DNA of 64,000 nucleotides from Escherichia coli (GCF_017348835.2 NZ_CP071375.1), one strand, 5' to 3'; positions 22,801 to 30,155 are shown, counted from the stretch's first letter. Notes: generated by a model from the sequence alone, not told the origin. Numbers and translations: made by a program.

Positions 22801-23203
22801 TGGGGATCCCCACCTACCGGAATTTTTTTCCGGTTAAACGTTAATCAGGCTGGTGGGCTTTACCTGTTCGGTAGGTGTTATGATTATCGTAATACCTTTC
22901 CCCCAATGGGGTAAAAGCATCAACCGTAACGAAAGTCGTTATGGTTGCCACCGATACCCCAAATTTGGGTATCACGAGTAAGCCCCAAAATCTGGGTGTT
23001 ACTCTTACTACCCAAACTACGGGTAGTTTCCGTAGTTTCATGGTCGAGTTGCAGATCTGCAACTCCCCCATTAACCACAGGCGAATTTCCGCCTTCGGTC
23101 ATTCCTTAATCATCTGCGTAATCATAATGATTATTCAGCAAGCGCAATTTTGCGCTTTGCTTAAAGTTCAGCGAGTTACCGCGCCGACTTCCTCAAATTG
23201 AGG
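22801..23203. repeat. Non-coding region packed with at least seven distinct perfect palindromes
   Basis: TGGGGATCCCCA 22801..22812; CCGGAATTTTTTTCCGG 22817..22833; CCCAAATTTGGG 22958..22969; AAACTACGGGTAGTTT 23014..23029; GAGTTGCAGATCTGCAACTC 23046..23065; AAGCGCAATTTTGCGCTT 23140..23157; CCTCAAATTGAGG 23191..23203. Confidence 0.7.
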
Positions 23204-23319
23204 TTTCCGAAAATATCAGCGGGTTAGCGATTAAGCTGACCATTAATTAAACTGCGAAAATGTCGTAGTTGTGAGGGGTGTAGCCAACCCATTTTTGGGC
23301 CGTCGGGAATATCAACCAG

Positions 23320-23601
23320 TTACCGCCGCAACCGCTCCGGCTTCTTCCAGTGGTACGTTATTTTCTCCTTCTCCCGATACATCTCCACGCGGCGACGGTA
23401 GGCCAGCAACTCAAGAACTCTGGTTCGTATGTTGCGCATATCCACGGCATTAAGTTCTATACCATCACGGCGCATCACCTCCGCAACAACACGCGCATAA
23501 TTTTCAGCGGTCACGCTGTCCGGCTGCATGGCCTGTTCGTCAACCTGCTGGCTGATTCCGGCAACGCGGCGGATTAATCCCAGTATTTCGGCTTCTATCA
23601 T
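23320..23601 (-). CDS. Hypothetical protein (93 aa), last gene before the attL-proximal non-coding region
   Basis: ORF in the same orientation as the rest of the island genes; no family recognised. Confidence 0.4.
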   Translation of the reverse strand: MIEAEILGLIRRVAGISQQVDEQAMQPDSVTAENYARVVAEVMRRDGIELNAVDMRNIRTRVLELLAYRRRVEMYREKEKITYHWKKPERLRR

Positions 23602-23654
23602 TGTGCCCCCATCGTTCTGAAAGTCTGGTGTCGTCGGGTCCTTCCTGGAATTAT

Positions 23655-23840
23655 GGCCCGTTACGGGGCGGCGACCTCGCGGTTTTTATCTGTTTATGAA
23701 AATTTTTCTGGAAAAAGCATGTCGGTACTTCTCGAACATAACTATTTGTTTTTAAATAGATACACAATAAAAAGAAACGACACGGTAATCATCTAAAATG
23801 GCGATTTATGACGCTTTCATGTCGTTTCTCAGTTTTGTTC
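23655..23840 (+). other. Lambda-like cos site, left copy, plus orientation: cosN (GGGCGGCGACCT at 23666..23677) followed by cosB-like R2 and R1 elements
   Basis: GTTACGGGGCGGCGACCTCGCGGTTTTT...TTTATGAAAATTTTT matches my recollection of the phage lambda cos region; R2-like AAAAGAAACGACACGG and R1-like TGTCGTTTCTCAGTTTTG sit at lambda-like spacing. Confidence 0.65.
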
Positions 23841-23856
23841 AATAATTGCGCGTCTG

Positions 23857-24369
23857 TTACTCGCCTTTCTTCTGTAGCAACTTTTCCGGTACGTTTCCGG
23901 TTGTTTCTTTCAAGTAATCAGCCAGTATCTGTGGGAGGTTGTCGGCAACTCTGGCACTGGCATTACAGGCTTTAACCACTTCCCTTTTAAGCCTATCCAG
24001 CATGGCGTGGGTAATCTGTGGGAAGCTCCTTTGCATAGTAAGCGGGAGGCTGTCCATGATTGATGAAATCTGACTCGCCAGCTTTGAAAGCGCGTACAGG
24101 CAAAACTCAGTATCAATCACGTCACCGCGATCGCGCTCGTTTTTAAGTTCCTGCGCCTCCGCCTGTGCTGTCAGTAATCTGATCCTGACTCGTAAGAGTT
24201 CATCATCATCAATATCGCCTTTGTCGTTTGTAAGCTGGCTAATTGCATTGTTAACCCTATTGTCTATCACGCTGGCAACATCGTAAAACGCCTCACGGCC
24301 TTTACGTTCAACGGGAGTCACTCCCCACTTGTCGAACGCTGTCGCACTTACACGGCAGCTTTTCGCCAT
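23857..24369 (-). CDS. Terminase small subunit, lambda Nu1 family
   Basis: 170-aa product aligns by eye with lambda Nu1 (RIRLLTAQAEAQELKNERDRGDVIDTEFCLYALSKLASQISSIMDSLPLTMQRSFP vs lambda RHRLTRAQADAQELKNARDSAEVVETAFCTFVLSRIAGEIASILDGLPLSVQRRFP); a cosN lies ~180 bp upstream. Confidence 0.75.
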   Translation of the reverse strand: MAKSCRVSATAFDKWGVTPVERKGREAFYDVASVIDNRVNNAISQLTNDKGDIDDDELLRVRIRLLTAQAEAQELKNERDRGDVIDTEFCLYALSKLASQISSIMDSLPLTMQRSFPQITHAMLDRLKREVVKACNASARVADNLPQILADYLKETTGNVPEKLLQKKGE

Positions 24370-24384
24370 GTTTTTTTGTTCATC

Positions 24385-24555
24385 AGGTGCGATTTCATTA
24401 ATACACCAACTTAATTACTGCTTCAGGTTGGTGTATTGTTTGCATCTTTCCCTTTTCATTCATAAAGATAGAGCAAACAACAAAACCACCACCACCCCCC
24501 TGAAAAGGCTCATAAATAGCGAAAAACCGCGAGGTCGCCGCCCCGTAACGGGTCC
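24385..24555 (-). other. Lambda-like cos site, right copy, minus orientation, directly upstream of terS (cosN = reverse complement of 24532..24543)
   Basis: Minus-strand sequence GTTACGGGGCGGCGACCTCGCGGTTTTTCGCTATTTATGA; 32 of 33 positions identical to the left copy but inverted; contains an 11-bp inverted repeat AATACACCAAC ... GTTGGTGTATT. Confidence 0.65.
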
Positions 24556-24574
24556 ATATGCCGGAAAGGTCCCG

Positions 24575-24598
24575 TAAAAAAAGCCGGATTTCTCCGGC
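24575..24598 (-). terminator. Intrinsic terminator after the 137-aa ORF (minus-strand hairpin GCCGGAGAAATCCGGC followed by a U-run)
   Basis: Plus-strand sequence AAAAAAAGCCGGATTTCTCCGGCC. Confidence 0.65.
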
Positions 24599-24604
24599 CT
24601 TGTC

Positions 24605-25018
24605 TCAGATGGTTTTCAGTATGCGATCGATGTCGCCGTCATCGCCCTGGTTTCTGCCATCGTATGCCATGCCAGCTGATACGGCTTGCGGGCTGTGCAT
24701 GTCCATAAAGTTTTCAAAGGCTGCGGTAAGCTCTGGTGCAACCTTTGGGCGCTCCTGCTCTATGGTCATGTTCAGGATTTCACGAGCATTATCGACGCTA
24801 ATACATGGCACGTTTGCCATTGCACGTAACAGCGGCTGATAGTCTTTATGCTCATGAAGCGCCATAATCGCATCAGCGCGCGGCTTGTCCTGCTCTTCCA
24901 GTTTGTTTAGTTGATATACGGCCTCATAGGTTGATAAACCTCTGTCAGCCATTGCCCGCGCTTCGGCTTTAAATTTACTCGCCAGCGGTAGCGTCATGAT
25001 GCTTTCATTCGTTGCCAT
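24605..25018 (-). CDS. Hypothetical protein (137 aa) between the decoration gene and cos/terS; possibly a head-assembly or packaging accessory protein
   Basis: ORF followed by its own terminator; no family recognised. Confidence 0.45.
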   Translation of the reverse strand: MATNESIMTLPLASKFKAEARAMADRGLSTYEAVYQLNKLEEQDKPRADAIMALHEHKDYQPLLRAMANVPCISVDNAREILNMTIEQERPKVAPELTAAFENFMDMHSPQAVSAGMAYDGRNQGDDGDIDRILKTI

Positions 25019-25030
25019 CGTTCCCCCTGC

Positions 25031-25430
25031 TTATCGGGCCAGCGGCTGAACGGATACGCCGGAACCCGCAAAGGCGGCGCATTTTTTCGCATCGGTGTCG
25101 ACGCTCTCAGGCCAGTTAACGGCGGCAATATTGAATATCCCCGTCTTGTAACACTGTGCTGATTTCTGCTTTGACGTGTCCACAGGATACGAAGTCAGAT
25201 AAACAGCCTTGCCAGATTCCTGACCATCCCACGGCTTAAACTCGCCATTGTCCGCCAGCATCAGCGGGGTAAATTCCTGAATAACGCCAGCATCAGCGGG
25301 GTAAATTCCTGAATAACGCCAGCATCAGCGGGGTAAATTCCTGAATAACGCCAGCATCAGCGGCAAAATGTACCAGCGTCGTGGCGACCTGCTGACTGCC
25401 TGCAAATAACTCAATGTATGGAGTGTCCAT
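25031..25430 (-). pseudogene. Lambda gpD-like head decoration protein gene, frameshifted by a 32-bp tandem triplication
   Basis: C-terminal part (TPLMLADNGEFKPWDG...CAAFAGSGVSVQ) resembles lambda gpD (TPLMLDTSSRKLVAWDG...TAFAGTAISIV); translation from the ATG at 25430 (preceded by a GGGGGA Shine-Dalgarno-like sequence) reaches a stop inside the repeat array after 45 codons; with one repeat unit the frame would be a continuous 111 aa. Confidence 0.65.
25254..25363. repeat. Tandem direct repeat: 32-bp unit GCCAGCATCAGCGGGGTAAATTCCTGAATAAC x3 plus a 14-nt partial copy, inside the gpD-like gene
   Basis: Three exact contiguous copies, 25254..25285, 25286..25317 and 25318..25349, then GCCAGCATCAGCGG. 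Confidence 0.9.
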
Positions 25431-25441
25431 AGAATCCCCCG

Positions 25442-26497
25442 TTAAGCAATTTTGACAGTAACAAATTTGCGAATATCTGCCGGAACCGGCTGCGGTGCGC
25501 TGTGCGTCTGCACGTACTCAATCGCCGGATCTCCGTCCTCAATCCAGTTTTTCGGGTAGTACATGTTTTGCGTTGCCCCCGTTCTTACTGCGTCCTGATC
25601 CATAATCGCACCATAGGCCACCAGCCCTTTATTGTTGGTGTTGCCCAGGACAAGCAAATCAGGCTCAAGGAAATATTTTTCTGTGCCGTCGCTGTCAGTG
25701 TATTTGCCGGAATAGACGATAAGGGCCAGATCACCAAGATAGCCTTTAAAGCTCACCACTTCGCCCAGGTTTTTACATGCCAGCTCTGCGGCGGATTCTG
25801 AACCACGGGAGAGATCGTACAGTTCACGGAATTTTTTAAAGCTGCGTAACATGCGCCATACATCAACGCCCATAATCATGACGTTGGCGGGGCAACCTGC
25901 CTGATCTGCGTATAGTTCAATGTCATATATTGGGTCGTGTATGTCTTTATCCTGCTCAGACCATTTTTTACCGTCGGCCTGCTCTATGATGTTTTTTTCC
26001 GGTATCTTCCAGTCGATTTCATAGCGTTCTATGCCTTCGCCCTCAATGATGTTTTTTCCGGTCGTTACCGCATTCACCGCCAGCCATTCAACGTGTGCCT
26101 TAATGGCGTTTATCTGGCGGCGCATGTTGCCAGTAATCAGGCGCATACGGCGGTAGGTAGGATCGTTAAGCTGTGCCGGATCTTCTCCAGCCATGCGCAT
26201 TATTGTTTTTAATGGATCGATTTCGTGTTTTGGCTTCATGTAGCCAGGGCGGATAATGCTGGTTTCGTACCCTTTATCGCGCTGAACCTGGCTGCCAACC
26301 ATAGGCGAACAAAACGCCGACATAGTGACTTCTTCAATATCCAGGTTATCTAACATGATGTCCTGCGTGTTGAATGTCGCCACGTTCGGGAAAAACAGCG
26401 CGGTAAACAGCGGACTAAATTTAAATTCCGCAATATCCTCGCGATTCAGGTACGCGAAAAGCTGGTGTGTGTTAAGTGCTATTGCTTTGACTGCCAT
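25442..26497 (-). CDS. Major capsid protein, lambda gpE family
   Basis: 351-aa product aligns by eye along its length with lambda gpE (FKFSPLF, PGYMKPKHE, DPTYRRMR, YPKNWIEDGDPA...SAP). Confidence 0.8.
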   Translation of the reverse strand: MAVKAIALNTHQLFAYLNREDIAEFKFSPLFTALFFPNVATFNTQDIMLDNLDIEEVTMSAFCSPMVGSQVQRDKGYETSIIRPGYMKPKHEIDPLKTIMRMAGEDPAQLNDPTYRRMRLITGNMRRQINAIKAHVEWLAVNAVTTGKNIIEGEGIERYEIDWKIPEKNIIEQADGKKWSEQDKDIHDPIYDIELYADQAGCPANVMIMGVDVWRMLRSFKKFRELYDLSRGSESAAELACKNLGEVVSFKGYLGDLALIVYSGKYTDSDGTEKYFLEPDLLVLGNTNNKGLVAYGAIMDQDAVRTGATQNMYYPKNWIEDGDPAIEYVQTHSAPQPVPADIRKFVTVKIA

Positions 26498-26703
26498 TAT
26501 TCGCCCCCATAATTTTTGTGCATCCCAAGCGCCGCAAGTAAATAAGATCGCACAAGTGAACCTATCGACGGCTCCGGCGTCATCAGCGGATCCAGTCCAG
26601 CCGCAACGCCAGCTTCATAGTTTTTTTTGTGGCGCTGCTTGAGCACCTCCACGATTTCGGGGCTTATGTACACCGAAACACCGCCTTTTTTCTCTTCAGC
26701 CAT
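26497..26703 (-). CDS. Hypothetical small protein translationally coupled to the capsid gene
   Basis: Its stop overlaps the capsid start codon; start taken at the internal Met (MAEEKKGG...). Confidence 0.35.
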   Translation of the reverse strand: MAEEKKGGVSVYISPEIVEVLKQRHKKNYEAGVAAGLDPLMTPEPSIGSLVRSYLLAALGMHKNYGGE

Positions 26704-26867
26704 AGTAAGAAATTCCTCTTCGACTAAAAAAATCATAACTGGATGTTTATCCAGTCCTGATTATAATCAGAATTGCATTTTATGCAATGATATTGAGTTA
26801 TGTTGCAAATTATGAAATGATTATCCCGATCACGAACGCCAGTGCATCCAAAAACCTCATATGCAAA

Positions 26868-26907
26868 AGCCCGATAAGAACCCTCTGACCTTATCGGGCT
26901 TTTTTTG
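26868..26907 (+). terminator. Plus-strand intrinsic terminator (AGCCCGATAAG ... CTTATCGGGCT followed by TTTTTTT)
   Basis: 11-bp perfect stem with a U-run; no plus-strand CDS upstream, so it may end a small antisense or regulatory transcript. Confidence 0.55.
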
Positions 26908-26912
26908 GGCGC

Positions 26913-26935
26913 AAAAAAGCCGGATTGCTCCGGCT
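26913..26935 (-). terminator. Minus-strand intrinsic terminator after ORF 26955..27179
   Basis: Plus-strand sequence AAAAAAGCCGGATTGCTCCGGCT. Confidence 0.6.
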
Positions 26936-26954
26936 ATGTGTGCTGTGTGCTGGC

Positions 26955-27179
26955 TCAGTCTCTGATCTCTTTCAGAAATTCTATCAATGCATCTATCTGT
27001 TCAGGATTTACCGCCAGCATTTCACCGGATAGAGCACATCTCACAAAACCATGCTGATCCTTTTCAATCAGTGCGCCCGTCTCCAGGAATGCGCGGTAAT
27101 CATTGATGCTCATCGTCTCCATGTTGTCAGCATGGTATTTATCACGCTGTTTTAATATCTCATCAAATTTCATCGGCAT
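26955..27179 (-). CDS. Hypothetical protein (74 aa)
   Basis: ORF bounded by terminators on both sides. Confidence 0.4.
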   Translation of the reverse strand: MPMKFDEILKQRDKYHADNMETMSINDYRAFLETGALIEKDQHGFVRCALSGEMLAVNPEQIDALIEFLKEIRD

Positions 27180-27274
27180 TGTTTTTTTCCTCTGTTGTGT
27201 CTGTTTGTTTCAGATAGTAACTATGCCTGACCGTGACGAAAACCCGGTAATGCGCCATACCGTTTCAACTGGTG

Positions 27275-27299
27275 CAAAAAAAGCCGTATTTCTCCGGCT
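27275..27299 (-). terminator. Minus-strand intrinsic terminator after the perC-like gene
   Basis: Plus-strand sequence AAAAAAAGCCGTATTTCTCCGGCT. Confidence 0.55.
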
Positions 27300-27305
27300 G
27301 TTTGA

Positions 27306-27578
27306 TTAGCTGTCCTGGTAATTGCGCCATATTTCATCACCAGCACCATCTATACCCATTTCGGCATAAGTGCGATCGACTGCCTTTTTCAGGTCTCCGA
27401 AATTATCCGGCGGCTCCGGTGCCCTCTGTGCCTTCCTTGAACATTCCAGCCGTCGCATCGTGATGTGATGCCGTTCCTTGTCTGTCTCCACCAGCTGCAT
27501 GACTTCACCCCATCGCGCCGCCGCCCTCCGGTAAAAGCCTTTCGCCTCCAGTTCCTCCGCTATGCGGTCATGTACCAT
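27306..27578 (-). CDS. PerC-family transcriptional regulator homolog (start taken at MVHDRIAEELEAKGFYRRAAARW)
   Basis: The motif AEELE..G.YRRAA.RW and overall ~90-aa size match the PerC/Pch family as I recall it; the start was chosen downstream of the ssb stop. Confidence 0.5.
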   Translation of the reverse strand: MVHDRIAEELEAKGFYRRAAARWGEVMQLVETDKERHHITMRRLECSRKAQRAPEPPDNFGDLKKAVDRTYAEMGIDGAGDEIWRNYQDS

Positions 27579-27588
27579 CGTCACCCCC

Positions 27589-27999
27589 TCAGAACGAAAT
27601 ATCATCACCGTAAGGGTCATCGCCTCCCGCTGGTGGCTGATTACCCTGTGTGCCTGTGGTTTTGCGTCTGTTCCCGCCAGGAAGTGCCGCACGGGCACTG
27701 ATTACGCTGTCTGCAATAACCTGATAACCCTGCCGCGTTTCCCCATTCTGTCCGGTCCACTGGCTGACCTGCATCGTGCCGGATACGCTGGCAACGTCGC
27801 CTTTTTGATGTTTAGCCAGGAAGTCGGCCTGCTTACCAAATGCGATGACCGATAGCCATAACGTCGCCTGCCCATCCTGCGCCTGACTACATGGCAGCGA
27901 TACCGCCATACGCGCCAGCGTCATCGGTGTACCCTTGCTGGTCTGTTTTACCTGCTGGTCGTCCACCAGCCGCCCGTAAGCCGCTATCTGTGCTGTCAT
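27589..27999 (-). CDS. ssb: Single-stranded DNA-binding protein (phage-type SSB)
   Basis: 136 aa with an OB-fold pattern (W..V.AFGK...KGD) and an acidic C-terminal tail ending DDISF. Confidence 0.6.
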   Translation of the reverse strand: MTAQIAAYGRLVDDQQVKQTSKGTPMTLARMAVSLPCSQAQDGQATLWLSVIAFGKQADFLAKHQKGDVASVSGTMQVSQWTGQNGETRQGYQVIADSVISARAALPGGNRRKTTGTQGNQPPAGGDDPYGDDISF

Positions 28000-28244
28000 G
28001 CCGTCTGCTCTCCGGTTTTAACGTTGATGGTTGTTACCTGTTCCGCTTCGGCAATCTCCCGTTCTGTCAACGTGGCAAAGTTTGCCGCTGCTGTGGTCAT
28101 GAATGCGCTTATCAGTTCGGGATGCTCCTTCGCGTATCCTTCCCCCGCGTGGCGGTCTATCGTTCTGATTGCCACCTTTAAAGCCAGTTCAGCCATATCT
28201 AACGCCTTATATTTCGGCTCTGTTCTGTCTCTGCGTTTTTGGGT
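27996..28244 (-). CDS. Hypothetical protein coupled to ssb; the annotated upstream extension to 28304 is encoded by the ori iterons and is probably not translated
   Basis: ATGA overlap with the ssb start; the N-terminal 20 codons of the long ORF coincide with the CTCACTTTT repeats. Confidence 0.35.
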   Translation of the reverse strand, partial: TQKRRDRTEPKYKALDMAELALKVAIRTIDRHAGEGYAKEHPELISAFMTTAAANFATLTEREIAEAEQVTTINVKTGEQTA

Positions 28245-28254
28245 CATTTCTCGC

Positions 28255-28450
28255 AACCTCTCACTTTTTCGCCTCACTTTTTCAAGCGTCTCACTTCGTC
28301 GCAATTGGGATTTTTGGTTTTTCTATGTGTGTGTTTCATAAGTATTTTTTTACCCCTCACTTTTGAGGATGTATACAGGTAAAAAAGTGAGGGAGAGCAG
28401 GCTAATTTTGGCCCTCTTTCTATCCACCTCGCTTTTGCTCCTCACTTTTA
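28255..28450. repeat. Putative replication origin: iterons (CTCACTTTT consensus, at least 7 copies, one inverted) flanking an AT-rich spacer, directly 3' of the rep gene
   Basis: Copies near 28260, 28273, 28290 (imperfect), 28366, 28384 (inverted), 28429 (imperfect) and 28441; AT-rich 28305..28360. Confidence 0.65.
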
Positions 28451-29854
28451 TAGCGGCGCTACATCATCCCCATCGATACGAATAACCCCATCTTTTTCCA
28501 GCTTGTACAGCCAGCGCCGGAAGTTTTTCATTTCATACCCCAGTTTTTTCATGTCATCACGTAACAGCGGGATCGTGCACTTGTCGCCGTTCTGTGTGCG
28601 TGAACGGATGCACCCCCATAGCGCGGTATGGTTTTCCGTCTTGTTCCCTGCCTCCTCGATGCGCTCCAGTTCTGCCGGTTCGCGTGGGATGTCAATCACC
28701 ACCATGGACACGATTTCTTCACCCTCAGGATCCGTAAATACCTCCACGCTCTTAAGGTCGTAGGCACTTTCTTTTGGCTCCTCCGCGTCCTTCATCTTCG
28801 TACATGCTGCAACCAGCGCCGTAGCCTCTGAATGTTCCCGACTGATTCGGAACTCAGCATCAAGCGCCGCACGGAATGCACTGGAACCCCGCGCCCCTTT
28901 CGTCTCATCCTTGCCGGAATGATGCACAACCAGAACCGTGGCCCCCGTGGCCTGCTTTATCGCGTCACACCCCTGGATAAACGCCCCCATGTCGCGGGAG
29001 TCATTTTCATCATGACCACCAAAGCAACGGGCCAGCGTGTCAATGACAATCATCCGCACCCTTTCGCCCGTTCTGTCCTGCACTAATCCGGCGGTCCTGA
29101 TAACCTGTTCCACATAGTCCGGCGATGCGGGGAATACTGGCGAATTGACGATACACAAATCAGTAACCGCCTTACCGTGGGTTATTTCCCATGCCTTAAC
29201 GCGGCGCTTTACGCCCATACTTCCTTCACCAGCAACATAGATAACCGCGCCTTTACACACCCTGCGGCCTCCCCATTTCATTCCAGTGGCAACATGACAC
29301 GCCCACGAAATGGCAAGGAACGACTTATAGGAACCGCTCGCCCCGTAGGTGCTGCATAATGCTTCCGCCGGAATAAGCCCCTTAATCACGTAGCTTTGCT
29401 GCGCGTCGAACCCTTCCGATCCCCATGAAATCGGTAGCGTGATTTTTTGTTTTCCTCCGTTCATGATCAGGCTTTCCCCTCTCTCCCATGTCTCCCGTAG
29501 CCGTGGAAGCTGGTCGGTCCATTTCTCCAGTAATTCGAAGTTTTCAGAAAGCAGCCGCGCTTCATGGACTCCGGCGATCGCCAGTTTTGTCGCTATGGTT
29601 AACAGCTGCGCTTCGTCAATATTTCCGGCGCGTATCACCGTTACCCTGTATCGCCCCTCATCAACAATCTGCAGGTTGTCCAGTTCGCTTAACTGATAAC
29701 GCCCCAGGTAAACGGGAGGCGTGGAGTCTCCCGCCTTTTTGGCCTGTGCAATGATGTAGTGCTCTGCAAATGAGTGCGCATCATTCCCCGCGAAAATAAT
29801 TGCTTCGGTGTGTTTGTCTTTCGGTAATAGTTTTACGTTCGGTGCCAGTTTCAT
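28448..29854 (-). CDS. Replication protein, RecA-like P-loop NTPase (putative replicative helicase / primase-associated)
   Basis: 468 aa; Walker A GASGSYKS and Walker B-like MIVIDTLARC; lies upstream of the iteron origin. Confidence 0.55.
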   Translation of the reverse strand: MKLAPNVKLLPKDKHTEAIIFAGNDAHSFAEHYIIAQAKKAGDSTPPVYLGRYQLSELDNLQIVDEGRYRVTVIRAGNIDEAQLLTIATKLAIAGVHEARLLSENFELLEKWTDQLPRLRETWERGESLIMNGGKQKITLPISWGSEGFDAQQSYVIKGLIPAEALCSTYGASGSYKSFLAISWACHVATGMKWGGRRVCKGAVIYVAGEGSMGVKRRVKAWEITHGKAVTDLCIVNSPVFPASPDYVEQVIRTAGLVQDRTGERVRMIVIDTLARCFGGHDENDSRDMGAFIQGCDAIKQATGATVLVVHHSGKDETKGARGSSAFRAALDAEFRISREHSEATALVAACTKMKDAEEPKESAYDLKSVEVFTDPEGEEIVSMVVIDIPREPAELERIEEAGNKTENHTALWGCIRSRTQNGDKCTIPLLRDDMKKLGYEMKNFRRWLYKLEKDGVIRIDGDDVAPL

Positions 29855-30150
29855 TTTTTACCCCTGAATACGTTAAGCATCTTTTTTATTTCCTGAATAT
29901 TGGCGCGTGCTTTCTCCCTGCTGGTTGGAACGTTACGCGGTACAGCCTGCACCAGAGAAAAATCACGGTCGAACTGATAAACAGGCATCACGCAATCATA
30001 TTCGTAGCCTTCACGACGGTAGGTTACGCGCCGTTCCTCCACGCCCTTAATCATTACCGTGCCGCCGTACTGGTCGCGGTAAATATCACCGCGCATGAAT
30101 TTAGTGCGAGTTTTGCCACTGGCAGTTAAGCCAGAATATTTAAGTTTCAT
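29851..30150 (-). CDS. Hypothetical protein (99 aa), coupled to rep
   Basis: ATGA overlap with the rep start. Confidence 0.45.
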   Translation of the reverse strand: MKLKYSGLTASGKTRTKFMRGDIYRDQYGGTVMIKGVEERRVTYRREGYEYDCVMPVYQFDRDFSLVQAVPRNVPTSREKARANIQEIKKMLNVFRGKK

Positions 30151-30155
30151 TATTT

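Noticed and set aside
22841-23201. ORFs of 60 to 86 aa on both strands in the palindrome-rich region
   Set aside because: They are built across perfect palindromes, which automatically give open frames on both strands; no RBS or coupling to neighbours.
25254-25363. 32-bp repeats considered as a CRISPR array
   Set aside because: The units are contiguous with no spacers, lie inside a coding gene and there are no cas genes; it is a tandem duplication.
27996-28304. Full 102-aa extent of the ORF upstream of ssb
   Set aside because: Its N-terminal 20 codons are the translation of the CTCACTTTT origin iterons; a shorter gene from an internal Met (28244 or later) is more plausible.
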